Source: a virus (Duplodnaviria > Caudoviricetes). Taken from it: a DNA stretch of 38,576 nt. The notes under the pieces were generated by a model. The model did no database searches and had not been told where the DNA came from. It saw only the letters and a program-made list of their open reading frames with translations. Location of the stretch: the IMG/VR virus record IMGVR_UViG_3300031802_000004, positions 1-38,576 of that record; one strand, given 5' to 3'. Shown here one piece after another: positions 7,878 to 16,937 of this stretch. Position 1 is the stretch's first letter. The number at the start of each line of letters is the position of its first letter. A program made the translations under genes and the position numbers.

Positions 7878-8447
7878 TCATAATATCCAAGTCATTACAC
7901 TATATCTTGTACCTTTTGTTACTTCTTTAACTTCATGCGGATACATAAAATTTGAAGGAAAAACAACACAAGAACCTTGGGCAGGTTTCTTTTCAAACTC
8001 ACCATCACATAAAACAAAATTTCCACCTTCATAATTATCATTAAGAAATAATAAACTAGTAATATGCGGAAACCCATATTCTTGTCCGTGACTGTGTGCT
8101 ATATTATCTATATGTCGTTGCATCCATCCACCTTTTAAATATCTATTTAAACGAAAGGGAGTAGTCATATTAATATTAATATCAGGATAATAATCCCTAT
8201 ATGTTTCTATTGCTTCTGCAAATGCCCTCCATAAAGTACTATAATGACCTTCTGCTCTATTTTTAGTAATCCACCATTCGTCCATTTGTAAGTGTTGTCC
8301 TGGACTATCTTTAATAGTACCGTATCCAGAATTAAAATGACTAGGACCCCAGTCTGCAAATTCCTCGTAATAGTCTATTATTGCATTGCATTGATCTGGT
8401 TCCAAAATGTTTGGAAATAATTTAACGTAATCTAATCTTGTTGTCAT
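7878..8447 (-). CDS. prolyl-4-hydroxylase-like 2OG-Fe(II) oxygenase
   Basis: RHID, LFLNDNYEGG, FPSNFMYPHEVKEVTKGTRYS. Confidence 0.9.
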   Translation of the reverse strand: MTTRLDYVKLFPNILEPDQCNAIIDYYEEFADWGPSHFNSGYGTIKDSPGQHLQMDEWWITKNRAEGHYSTLWRAFAEAIETYRDYYPDININMTTPFRLNRYLKGGWMQRHIDNIAHSHGQEYGFPHITSLLFLNDNYEGGNFVLCDGEFEKKPAQGSCVVFPSNFMYPHEVKEVTKGTRYSVMTWIL

Positions 8448-9094
8448 AACTGTTTGGCTGTTTCTAAGTTATTAAGTTTCTCTCGCATTCGTTCTAACGT
8501 ACCTTCTATACCTAAATTATTAATTAATTGTTTATATGTATTTCTATATATAATTCCAAAGTTAATTCCATCTATTGAAAAATTATATATTTTCCATTTA
8601 CCATCTACAATGTATAAAAGAAACCTGGTATTTACTTTTGAAGTTGCAGATAAATGTAATATCATATGAACATTTGCTTGTGTACGATTAGTATTAAAAC
8701 TAGTCATACGAAATGTTATTGCCATTGTATCTTTATATTCTAATAGATATGCGGCATACATTGCGTTTAATGTAGTTTCGAATAAAAATGCAAATTCTTC
8801 TTGTTGCTCTGTAGTAAAATTACGCCAATTACGACCAAGTATTAATTTAGACATCTTAGGTACATCAACATGTGGCATTAATATTCGTTTAACTAATTCT
8901 TGCGGATCTACATTTTCATTTACTCGTAATTCCGATACTGCTCTATGCATAATTCCACTAATTAAAATTTTAGGATCTTCTTGTTGTGTTTCTCCGTATC
9001 GCCAGTCGTATTCTGTAGCAAAAACATTATATGTTATAAACATACTTAAACATACCATCCATACGCCCCAAAAAATCCAATCTCGTTTACTCAT
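8444..9094 (-). CDS. mlaC: MlaC/Ttg2D-family periplasmic phospholipid-binding protein
   Basis: Signal/TM N-terminus; DVPKMSKLILGRNWRNFTTEQQEEF..F...Y; WKIYNFSIDGI..YRNTY..GIEG. Confidence 0.8.
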   Translation of the reverse strand: MSKRDWIFWGVWMVCLSMFITYNVFATEYDWRYGETQQEDPKILISGIMHRAVSELRVNENVDPQELVKRILMPHVDVPKMSKLILGRNWRNFTTEQQEEFAFLFETTLNAMYAAYLLEYKDTMAITFRMTSFNTNRTQANVHMILHLSATSKVNTRFLLYIVDGKWKIYNFSIDGINFGIIYRNTYKQLINNLGIEGTLERMREKLNNLETAKQL

Positions 9095-9103
9095 ATATTT
9101 CTC

Positions 9104-9715
9104 CTACAATGTAACATTGTAATAATCTCCACGTAACATTACATTGAACGAAATATTTACCCGTTCTTTATCTGTTTCATTAAGGTCAACAGAATGTTGT
9201 AGCCAAGCAGGAAATATAATTAATGTGTCTTTTTTTGTTTTTTGATAATATGAACCTTGATTAAACGGATTAAATTCAACTTTTTTAGGATCGATAGATT
9301 GTTCTTCTGGACGCCAAAACATAATATTAGGAAACCCCTGATCCTCATTTAAATAAAATACGCCACTAAACATATTATTGTAATGTGAGTGATGTTTGAA
9401 ATGAGTATTAGGTTTTTGTATATTTCCCCACATTGAAGTAATTTCTATATGATATGTATAATACTGATATATATCAATAATTGAATGCATCATATCATAT
9501 ATTTTACGACATAACGGTTGCATTATTTCTTGCTTTTGTAAGTCATGATCTATTGTTTGTAAGTCGCGGCGTGATTGAATAAATTCTGTATTATCAAATG
9601 TATGAGGGGTTTCATAACAGCATTGTTTTATATATTCCTCTAATCCTAATTCATCTGTTAATCCAGGAAAAGCTTCTATAAAAATAGGAGTTTGAAATAT
9701 AGGTTGAACTATCAT
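9104..9715 (-). CDS. putative 2OG-Fe(II) oxygenase (TIGR02466-like)
   Basis: IFQTPI, SMWGN, HSH, SGVFYL, IIFPAWLQHSV, RVNISFN. Confidence 0.88.
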   Translation of the reverse strand: MIVQPIFQTPIFIEAFPGLTDELGLEEYIKQCCYETPHTFDNTEFIQSRRDLQTIDHDLQKQEIMQPLCRKIYDMMHSIIDIYQYYTYHIEITSMWGNIQKPNTHFKHHSHYNNMFSGVFYLNEDQGFPNIMFWRPEEQSIDPKKVEFNPFNQGSYYQKTKKDTLIIFPAWLQHSVDLNETDKERVNISFNVMLRGDYYNVTL

Positions 9716-9900
9716 GCCTTTACTCCTTTTAGTGTATCCATTTTATTAAACCCATTTTCGTCGTAAAATTTTGTGCCACATGCACAACTACAAAATGGAT
9801 GTTTAATAACACTATCTTTTATAAAATATCTTTCATCTAATAGATATATTATTGTATTAGTATCTACATCTTTTTCACATTGAGCGCATTGTACGATCAT
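9712..9900 (-). CDS. small zinc-binding protein (TRASH/YHS-like)
   Basis: CAQC...FCSCAC. Confidence 0.6.
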   Translation of the reverse strand: MIVQCAQCEKDVDTNTIIYLLDERYFIKDSVIKHPFCSCACGTKFYDENGFNKMDTLKGVKA

Positions 9901-9906
9901 ACTTAT

Positions 9907-9934
9907 ATTATACTATATTTTATATAATTGTCAA
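9907..9934 (-). promoter_or_regulatory. sigma70-type promoter, leaderless start
   Basis: TTGACA-16 nt-TATAAT-6 nt-ATG. Confidence 0.7.
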
Positions 9935-9935
9935 T

Positions 9936-10670
9936 TTAGAAAGGAATCTCTGACCATGCACCGAGTCGTCGTTTAACTTCTTTATACCCTGCTAATAAAT
10001 CACCTTTATCAAATCTAAATAGGTCTTTATCAAATGATGCACCAGTAACTGGATCCCATAAACGCATTGTATCAGGACATATTTCATCTGCTAGAACAAT
10101 GTCACCATTATGGTCTCTTCCAAATTCTAATTTAAAGTCTACTAATATAAAACCAATTGTATGGAAAATTGCTTTAAGATACTTATTAACATCTTCTGTC
10201 ATTGCAGTCATTGTATCTAAATCATCTTTAATTTGATGATCTAATGCTGTAATAGCATCATATGCAATAGGTGGGTCACCTAGACTATCGTCTTTAACAC
10301 AATATTCAATGATATGATGATGTAGTGATGTGCCATTTGAAATACCATAACGTTTACAGAATGTACCTGCGGCAACATTGCGAACAATTACTTCAATAGG
10401 AACTATTTCGACTTTATGAGCAACAATTTCTCTTTCACTAATTTTTTCTATGTGATGTGTGGGTACACCTAAGTCGCCCATTGCCCTTAATAGTACATCA
10501 CTTATCCAGCAATTGAGTTCCCCTTTACCTTCAAATTGACTTTTCTTTTCTGCGTTAAATGCAGTAGCATCATCTTTAAAGTATAGAATACATTGATTAC
10601 GAAAGTTCTCAATCGAATATATCTTTTTTGCTTTCCCTTCATATAACATTTTATCTTTTACGTATTTCAT
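9936..10670 (-). CDS. purC: SAICAR synthetase
   Basis: LYEGKAKKIY, FKDDATAFN, PIEVIVRNVAAG, LVDFKLEFG, LADEICPDTMRLWD, DKDLFR. Confidence 0.97.
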   Translation of the reverse strand: MKYVKDKMLYEGKAKKIYSIENFRNQCILYFKDDATAFNAEKKSQFEGKGELNCWISDVLLRAMGDLGVPTHHIEKISEREIVAHKVEIVPIEVIVRNVAAGTFCKRYGISNGTSLHHHIIEYCVKDDSLGDPPIAYDAITALDHQIKDDLDTMTAMTEDVNKYLKAIFHTIGFILVDFKLEFGRDHNGDIVLADEICPDTMRLWDPVTGASFDKDLFRFDKGDLLAGYKEVKRRLGAWSEIPF

Positions 10671-10682
10671 TTTAATTTCCTT

Positions 10683-10736
10683 TTATAAAAATGCGTGTAA
10701 TGCTAATACTAACATAACTAAACATAAAGCTTCCAT
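10683..10736 (-). CDS. 17-aa hydrophobic micropeptide MEALCLVMLVLALHAFL
   Basis: AAGGAG 6 nt before the ATG; fills the gap upstream of purC. Confidence 0.45.
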   Translation of the reverse strand: MEALCLVMLVLALHAFL

Positions 10737-10772
10737 TTCATTCTCCTTTAAATATGTGACTGGATACGTATT

Positions 10773-11276
10773 TCATTTTAATTTCCTTTTTTGTTTAAAA
10801 TGTTCCTTTGGTATTGTTTCTAACATTACAATTTTTATTCCTGCTTCTTTATATCTTTCTTTCGGATCACCAACTGTTGTTAGTTTAGATTCTTCTTCCC
10901 ATGTAATAGTTGTCATAGGATAAGAATAAATTTTTTCTACTATATCGTTTACTGTAATTGTATCACAATTTTCTACAATCCATTTATGAGTATTTGATAC
11001 AGGCAATTGGTGTTCATTGTGAGTTTTCTTATGAAACTCTGCCATAGATTTAGAATTATCTAAAACTGTTTTTGCCCCCGCCGAAAGACGTTTATTAGTT
11101 TCTTTCTGCCAACCAGAAGCAGCTCTCCCGGAATGTCCTTCTGGCAATATTAAAAGATTTCCTATTTGTCTTATTATAGCATCTGACAAGGGATCTTTTG
11201 AAAGATTTTCGTTAAGACTTTTTCTAGTTTTTATTTCTTCTAACAGTATAGTTGCTAATCTTTTTGTTCTGTTCAT
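10773..11276 (-). CDS. hypothetical protein (EHxxP motif)
   Basis: 167-aa ORF on the coding strand; HNEHQLPV loosely resembles HNH-like nucleases. Confidence 0.7.
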   Translation of the reverse strand: MNRTKRLATILLEEIKTRKSLNENLSKDPLSDAIIRQIGNLLILPEGHSGRAASGWQKETNKRLSAGAKTVLDNSKSMAEFHKKTHNEHQLPVSNTHKWIVENCDTITVNDIVEKIYSYPMTTITWEEESKLTTVGDPKERYKEAGIKIVMLETIPKEHFKQKRKLK

Positions 11277-11287
11277 TTATATATCAG

Positions 11288-11358
11288 AGCGGGTGATCGG
11301 AATCGAACCGACAGCATCAGCTTGGAAGGCTGAGGTATTACCACTATACGACACCCGC
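11288..11358 (-). tRNA. tRNA-Gly(TCC), no encoded CCA, overlaps the purF 3' end
   Basis: GCGGGTG/CACCCGC acceptor, U73, loop CTTCCAA. Confidence 0.93.
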
Positions 11359-12684
11359 TTTTTCTACTGGATAGTTTCCTGTAAAACATGCGTCACAACT
11401 CTTTTGATTACTTCCTAGTGCTTTATATATACCTTCCATACTAATATGTTTAAGCGATGTAGCACCTATATGGTCACATACTTCTTGCTCTGAATACTGC
11501 GATGCAATTAATTCTTTTTTTGTAGGAGTATCTAAGCCATAATAGCAAGGGTTTTTTACAGCAGGTGATGCTATTCTAACATGTATTTCTGTTACCCCCA
11601 CTTTGTTTAACATCTTAATAATTTTTTTAGCCGTTGTTCCTCGTACAATAGAATCATCTATTACTGTGACAGACTTTCCCTTCAGGCTTCTTAATGCATT
11701 ATGTTTTAACTTAACCCCCAAGTCTCGTATCTTTTGTTCGGGTTGAATAAATGTACGTCCTCTATAATGACTTCGTGTAATACCCATTTCAAAAGGGATA
11801 TCTGTTTCTAATGCATATCCTAATGCAGAAGGCACGCCAGAATCAGGTACAGGGATAACAATATCTGTTTTAACACTAGTTTCTTTTGCAAGTTCAATAC
11901 CAATACGTTTTCTTACATCATATACTACATGTTCTCCATATATGGAATCCGGCCTGGAAAAATATATGTGTTCAAATACACAAAACTTTGTAGGACGTTG
12001 AAGGAAAGGATAAGTTGAGGTAATGGTTTGTCCACTTACTATTAACACTTCTCCTGGATTTATATCTCGTTTATATTCTGCACCTATAATATCTAATGCA
12101 CAAGTTTCTGATGCAAATACATAACCGTCTCCTAATGTACCCATTACTAATGGTCTGAAACCATGCGGATCTCTTGCAACAAACATTTTATTATCACACA
12201 TTGCAATAATACTAAATGCACCTTCTACTCGTGTTAATGCATTTCGAAACTTATTAAATGCAGACTCTGGTTGCATTGCCATTAAGTGTAATATTACTTC
12301 TGTATCGCCTGTAGATTGAAATAAAGAACCTTTATTAACTAACTCTTGTTTTAATTTTACAAAATTTGTTATATCACCGTTGTGTACTAATGCAAATTCT
12401 CCAAAGTCAAAGTTTCCTTTAAGCGGTTGTATATTGGCTTGCCCTGAACCTCCGGTAGTAGAATAACGTACATGTCCTACTGCCATGGTTCCTGGCAATT
12501 GTTCTAATATGTTTTGGTCGCTAAATATCTCACCTATTCTACCAGTGTCGTGACAACTATATAATCTATTGTCCCATGATGCTATGCCGCCGCCTTCTTG
12601 TCCCCGATGTTGTAGAGCGTGAAGACCCAATGCGGTGTTAACCGATGCGTCGGTATTACCAAAAATGCCGAATATTCCGCACAT
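11344..12684 (-). CDS. purF: amidophosphoribosyltransferase (Fe-S type)
   Basis: MCGIFG (Cys nucleophile), LQHRGQE, GHVRYST, HNG, VPDSG, DDSIVRGTT, Fe-S Cys in FCVFE/PCYYG/CDAC. Confidence 0.97.
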   Translation of the reverse strand: MCGIFGIFGNTDASVNTALGLHALQHRGQEGGGIASWDNRLYSCHDTGRIGEIFSDQNILEQLPGTMAVGHVRYSTTGGSGQANIQPLKGNFDFGEFALVHNGDITNFVKLKQELVNKGSLFQSTGDTEVILHLMAMQPESAFNKFRNALTRVEGAFSIIAMCDNKMFVARDPHGFRPLVMGTLGDGYVFASETCALDIIGAEYKRDINPGEVLIVSGQTITSTYPFLQRPTKFCVFEHIYFSRPDSIYGEHVVYDVRKRIGIELAKETSVKTDIVIPVPDSGVPSALGYALETDIPFEMGITRSHYRGRTFIQPEQKIRDLGVKLKHNALRSLKGKSVTVIDDSIVRGTTAKKIIKMLNKVGVTEIHVRIASPAVKNPCYYGLDTPTKKELIASQYSEQEVCDHIGATSLKHISMEGIYKALGSNQKSCDACFTGNYPVEKAGVV

Positions 12685-12687
12685 TTA

Positions 12688-13533
12688 TTATCCTGTCATG
12701 CTTGCGAGCGCACTTATAGAAGGACTATGATCTGGTCCTGCTTGTTGTTTTGGGTCTTGTACAACTGGTCTGCCTTGTTGCTCGCGGCTTCCTCTTACTG
12801 ACGGATGAGCAAGAGGATAACCTGTGCCACCTGCTTGTCGTATTGTTTGCCACGCAATCGCCGCCGGCTTTTTTGGAGCCATGTTTAACCATTGTCGAAT
12901 GTTCTTTTCATTCTGATTATTTTGTATTTTTGCATTGTGTTGTGTTTTATTTTCTTCTTCTGAATTATCCATAACAAAAAAGTAACCTTGTCCAAATAAA
13001 TTTCTAAAACTTTCTACATTTTGTTCAATTTCAGCATGTGTTTTTGTAAGAATTTCGTGTGGTACTTTACGTCCACCTTTTGCATATCGACTTGCATTTC
13101 TTTCTATTGTTGTTTTTAAATCTGCAAAAACAAATACCATTATTGTATCATATCCTATAGATTCAAGGCGTCCTTTAATACCTTTAATTTTATCAAAGTC
13201 TTTAGCAGTACCATCAATAACTATTCCGCGTCGTTCTTGCAAGAAATTTCTTTTTCGAGTACCTGTTAATTTTTTTGCTTTTGTACGGATATCATCTCGC
13301 TGTTCTTGTTCTTCTGGCGGCATATCTTTACGAAGTCCTTCCTTATCCATTAACAGTTCGAATACTTTATCAGAATCAATTATCCTTAATCCTTCTCCCC
13401 CAAATAAATTTTGATGTACATGACCTTTACCAGATGCAGGTGTTCCTGCCATAAAAACTGCTTTAAAAATATTAGGCTCGTCTGTAAATGTACCTTCGGG
13501 TTTTTCTGTTAAGATAACTTCATTAATACGCAT
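12688..13533 (-). CDS. zeta-toxin/AAA_33-like P-loop kinase
   Basis: KAVFMAGTPASGKG, IDSD, IVIDGT, IERNASR...RKVP. Confidence 0.8.
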   Translation of the reverse strand: MRINEVILTEKPEGTFTDEPNIFKAVFMAGTPASGKGHVHQNLFGGEGLRIIDSDKVFELLMDKEGLRKDMPPEEQEQRDDIRTKAKKLTGTRKRNFLQERRGIVIDGTAKDFDKIKGIKGRLESIGYDTIMVFVFADLKTTIERNASRYAKGGRKVPHEILTKTHAEIEQNVESFRNLFGQGYFFVMDNSEEENKTQHNAKIQNNQNEKNIRQWLNMAPKKPAAIAWQTIRQAGGTGYPLAHPSVRGSREQQGRPVVQDPKQQAGPDHSPSISALASMTG

Positions 13534-13544
13534 ATAACTATTTA

Positions 13545-14066
13545 TTAAACATTCTTATAGAATATATGTGAACCTATTTGTTTTGTTTTTGACAGACGGG
13601 TCGCCCATTTTGGCGAAACATATGTAGCATGATAATGTGTTGCCCCGTCAATGGGATCCGAGTATTTGTTTAATACAAGAATTTCATATGTAAGAGTAGT
13701 TGCTATTTGCCAACTTTTAGATTCTTTAACAGGTTCATCTCTGAGACCGTCACAATACCAACTAAATTGACATGTATTGCGTTTAGGAAAAGAAGTACCT
13801 GTAAGAGTTGGGCCTTCTTTAACTACATTACATATTGTGTTAGGATACCTTTTATTTTTTAATCTGTTTAAAACAACAAAAGCAACTGCTACTTGTCCTT
13901 CTATATTTTCACTTCTTGCTTCCCAATATATATTTTGTGCCATACAGTAAAATTCTTGGGTAGACGCAACTTGATTGAGATTTAAAGGGGCAAATGCTTC
14001 CTTAATAGGATGAAACATAAACAACGATATAACAAACGCTAATAAATATTTTTTCATTCTTGCCAA
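13545..14066 (-). CDS. SleB/Hydrolase_2 cell-wall hydrolase
   Basis: CMAQNIYWEARSE, VAFVVLNR, CQFSW, GATHYHATYVSPKW, IGSHIFY. Confidence 0.92.
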   Translation of the reverse strand: MARMKKYLLAFVISLFMFHPIKEAFAPLNLNQVASTQEFYCMAQNIYWEARSENIEGQVAVAFVVLNRLKNKRYPNTICNVVKEGPTLTGTSFPKRNTCQFSWYCDGLRDEPVKESKSWQIATTLTYEILVLNKYSDPIDGATHYHATYVSPKWATRLSKTKQIGSHIFYKNV

Positions 14067-14296
14067 TGGTCGGGCCCTTTACGTATTTGGTAACGAAAGT
14101 TTTCATTACCAATTTTTTCGTTTAAATTGTTACGATGAATTTTTGCCTGTTCTTTACTATTAAAGTATATATCCTCTACAGCATTTTCACCTTTTCGACT
14201 AGTGTCTACTACTTTATATAATAGAGGCGTATCGGGCTCTACTTCTGGATCTACAAATACAAAAGCCATAGGCTCATATTCCTTCATTTCATTCAT
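14054..14296 (-). CDS. hypothetical protein
   Basis: ORF with AAGGA SD behind a consensus promoter. Confidence 0.65.
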   Translation of the reverse strand: MNEMKEYEPMAFVFVDPEVEPDTPLLYKVVDTSRKGENAVEDIYFNSKEQAKIHRNNLNEKIGNENFRYQIRKGPDHWQE

Positions 14297-14342
14297 ATTA
14301 GTATTTCCTTATATCCTTATATTAAACTAACATTATATATAC

Positions 14343-14371
14343 ATTATAACACCAAGAACTCTTGCTGTCAA
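14343..14371 (-). promoter_or_regulatory. consensus sigma70-type promoter
   Basis: TTGACA-17 nt-TATAAT with extended TG. Confidence 0.8.
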
Positions 14372-14382
14372 CCATTATATAA

Positions 14383-14469
14383 TGGTGCCCCGAGAGGGAC
14401 TTGAACCCCCACTCCCTTTCGAGAACTAGGACCTAAACCTAGCGTGTATACCAATTTCACCACCGGGGC
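14383..14469 (-). tRNA. tRNA-Leu(TAG)
   Basis: GCCCCGG/TCGGGGC acceptor, loop TTTAGGT, long variable arm, CCA. Confidence 0.95.
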
Positions 14470-14475
14470 TATTCA

Positions 14476-14742
14476 TTAACCTCCCATAGAATCATTAGAA
14501 TTCCACATTTTTTTTGCAGGATGAACCTTTCGTACCGTAGATCCTTTGGGCAATGTTTGTGCTGTATCTCTTGCTAAAAGGTCTATCTCATAAACAGGAG
14601 GATTGCACTTTCTAAACTTTCCTGTTTTAGACATTATTTTTGTAAACCCTAAAGACTTACTATTATACTCTCCTCCAAACACTTCCCAAATATGCGGATC
14701 TAAAAGTTTATATCCTCTACGATTGCATGTACTATAAAACAT
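14476..14742 (-). CDS. hypothetical protein
   Basis: ORF filling the gap on the coding strand. Confidence 0.55.
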   Translation of the reverse strand: MFYSTCNRRGYKLLDPHIWEVFGGEYNSKSLGFTKIMSKTGKFRKCNPPVYEIDLLARDTAQTLPKGSTVRKVHPAKKMWNSNDSMGG

Positions 14743-14743
14743 T

Positions 14744-15079
14744 TTAATTTATTATCCTTGGTTTACCATCGTGCCCTAATGCAACGTTTATAAAATCACC
14801 TTTTGCAACTATATCATCACCTACGTATACATCAACATGTACAGTAGCAGATGTTTTTCCTATTTTTAATACATAACCATAACAGGAAACCAAATCTCCT
14901 ACTTGTACTGCCTTTATGAACTCTATATTATTAGCGGCACGAGTAGCACTTTTGCCTTCAGGTGCAATATGTGCAGATGCTAAATCCATAAGACCCATAA
15001 GCCAACCGCCAAATATGTCTCCACGTGCATTAGTATCGCGAGGCATTGCAGATACTTGTATAACTAACTCACCTTTCAT
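14744..15079 (-). CDS. acyl-CoA thioesterase (YciA-like hot-dog fold)
   Basis: AMPRDTNARGDIFGGWLMGLMDLA, FIKAVQVGDLV, IGKTS. Confidence 0.9.
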   Translation of the reverse strand: MKGELVIQVSAMPRDTNARGDIFGGWLMGLMDLASAHIAPEGKSATRAANNIEFIKAVQVGDLVSCYGYVLKIGKTSATVHVDVYVGDDIVAKGDFINVALGHDGKPRIIN

Positions 15080-15680
15080 AAGTTTCCATTAATTGAAATT
15101 GATCTTCTGTCATTCCCATAATATCAAAGTTATAAGATATAATAGTTTTTCTGTTTGTTGATTCAATAGGCGGACATCTATGAATAGCAAAAGCAGGAAA
15201 GAAACAAATGTCTCCTTCCTTTACGTCAGGTACTAATATTTTTTCTCCCGACATTACTTCTGTTTTATTAGTTTCATCATCTGCTAGTTCTACATAGTAT
15301 GCGCCAGTAAAATTATGATCATGTATATGCCAATTATGAAAATTATTTTGTGTGTATTGTTGAAACCATAAGTCGTTAAATTTAATTCTATTTAAACCTA
15401 ACTGCTGTTGCACCATACTATTAAGTTTTTGATGTATTAACTCTAATATTAGGTTTACCCACGGTCTGTTTTTAAAATCTGTTGATTTATCCCAGTCTAA
15501 TTTATTAATAGGAGATTTTGATAATGTGTTTTGGGGTGCCGAATGTTGCTTATATTGAGGAGGCATCTCCATAGTTGTACTATCGGATTCTGCAATCAAA
15601 TCTAATAGTTCATCTTTTAATGCATGTAATTCCGGAAAAGGTTCCGATACATAGTATGTGTCAAGTAGTATTTTGGTCAT
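15069..15680 (-). CDS. putative 2OG-Fe(II) oxygenase
   Basis: WFQQY, HNWHIH, GAYY, EGDICFFP..HRCPP, KTIISYN. Confidence 0.82.
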   Translation of the reverse strand: MTKILLDTYYVSEPFPELHALKDELLDLIAESDSTTMEMPPQYKQHSAPQNTLSKSPINKLDWDKSTDFKNRPWVNLILELIHQKLNSMVQQQLGLNRIKFNDLWFQQYTQNNFHNWHIHDHNFTGAYYVELADDETNKTEVMSGEKILVPDVKEGDICFFPAFAIHRCPPIESTNRKTIISYNFDIMGMTEDQFQLMETYER

Positions 15681-16203
15681 TTAATAATTTTTTAATTATT
15701 GTTGGATATAATTTATGTTCTATTTTGTGTATTTTTCTTTCTAATGTTTCTAATGTATCTTTTTTTGTAACATTAACTGTTTTTTGTGCAATAATTTCGC
15801 CTTCGTCTATTTGTTCATTTACATAATGTATAGTAACACCTGTAACTTTAACACCATATTCCCATGCTCGTTTAATTGCATGAGCGCCTTTAAAGGCAGG
15901 TAACAATGAAGGATGTACGTTAACAATTTTATTACGCCATCTATATATAAACTGTTCTCCCAATATACGCATAAACCCGGCAAGAACAATTAATTTTATA
16001 TCTTTTGCTTCACATATTGCGGTTATTTCTTTTTCTAATATATGTGTTGCTTTATAAGAACTCCATGGTATTCTTGCGTTTTCTGCTCGTCGTAAACCTT
16101 GTGCTTCTGATGTGTTTGATATGACATGGGACACAGGTATGCCTGCATCTAATATTGCTTGTAAATTAGTACCTGATCCAGATATTAATACTACTATTGA
16201 CAT
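15661..16203 (-). CDS. purN: phosphoribosylglycinamide formyltransferase
   Basis: LISGSGTNLQA, LAGFMRIL, NVHPSLLPAFKG, GVTIHYV..IDEG, EHKLYP. Confidence 0.96.
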   Translation of the reverse strand: MSIVVLISGSGTNLQAILDAGIPVSHVISNTSEAQGLRRAENARIPWSSYKATHILEKEITAICEAKDIKLIVLAGFMRILGEQFIYRWRNKIVNVHPSLLPAFKGAHAIKRAWEYGVKVTGVTIHYVNEQIDEGEIIAQKTVNVTKKDTLETLERKIHKIEHKLYPTIIKKLLNDQNTT

Positions 16204-16208
16204 GCAAA

Positions 16209-16216
16209 TATTTATA
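16209..16216 (-). promoter_or_regulatory. T4-type late promoter
   Basis: TATAAATA 5 nt before the purN ATG. ATAAATA boxes also at 5942-5948, 7500-7506, 13539-13545, 19338-19345, 34678-34685 and 35888-35894. Confidence 0.65.
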
Positions 16217-16856
16217 TGCCTACGGTAATATTAATTACTATCCTCTTTTTGCTTTTTATAGGATTGCTTGATGCATGATATTGATCCCCGTCAAATATAA
16301 GTACACTATTTTTTTCAGGTGTGACTCTTTGTTTTATAGTTAAATCAGTAGGTACAGTTTGTCCTCGATCTTCATTACATTCATTAAAAATAAATGTATC
16401 TCCATCTGAATCATCTAGATAGTAAATTATATTTAAATAATTTCTAGTATGGCCATGATCTACATGTGGAAAATTATAATCATCTTTAGTATAATTCGGT
16501 GCCGGTAATAATAAATTTGCTTTACAACGAATAATGGCCTTATATTTTATATCACATTTATCATTAAGAAAATAATATATGGGTCTTACTTTGTCCCAAA
16601 ATGGAGAACGTTCATTACCTTGCCATTCGTTGTTGGATTGACCAAACACATCCATATTATTCCAAAAGACGTGAGTAAATTGGATAGAATCTTTATAAGA
16701 TTGAGTATAATTAGTTCTTTCAATTTGAAATTCTAAATCTGTAGTGCGCTCATTAAAAAACCATGGAAATTCTTTAGTCTCGCCAGGTGGTAAAAACATA
16801 CGATTTAGATCTAATACATAATCTTCTGATAAAAAGTTTTTTATTATTTTAATCAT
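16212..16856 (-). CDS. 2OG-Fe(II) oxygenase superfamily protein
   Basis: PHVD, IYYLDDSDGDT, FDGDQYHASSNP, RIVIN. Confidence 0.85.
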   Translation of the reverse strand: MIKIIKNFLSEDYVLDLNRMFLPPGETKEFPWFFNERTTDLEFQIERTNYTQSYKDSIQFTHVFWNNMDVFGQSNNEWQGNERSPFWDKVRPIYYFLNDKCDIKYKAIIRCKANLLLPAPNYTKDDYNFPHVDHGHTRNYLNIIYYLDDSDGDTFIFNECNEDRGQTVPTDLTIKQRVTPEKNSVLIFDGDQYHASSNPIKSKKRIVINITVGI

Positions 16857-16861
16857 AATCT

Positions 16862-16935
16862 TGGCTGGGACACAGGGATTCGAACCCCAACTGACAGAAT
16901 CAAAATCTGTAGTGCTACCGTTACACTATGTCCCA
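16862..16935 (-). tRNA. tRNA-Gln(TTG)
   Basis: TGGGACA/TGTCCCA acceptor, G73, loop TTTTGAT, CCA. Confidence 0.95.
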
Positions 16936-16937
16936 AT

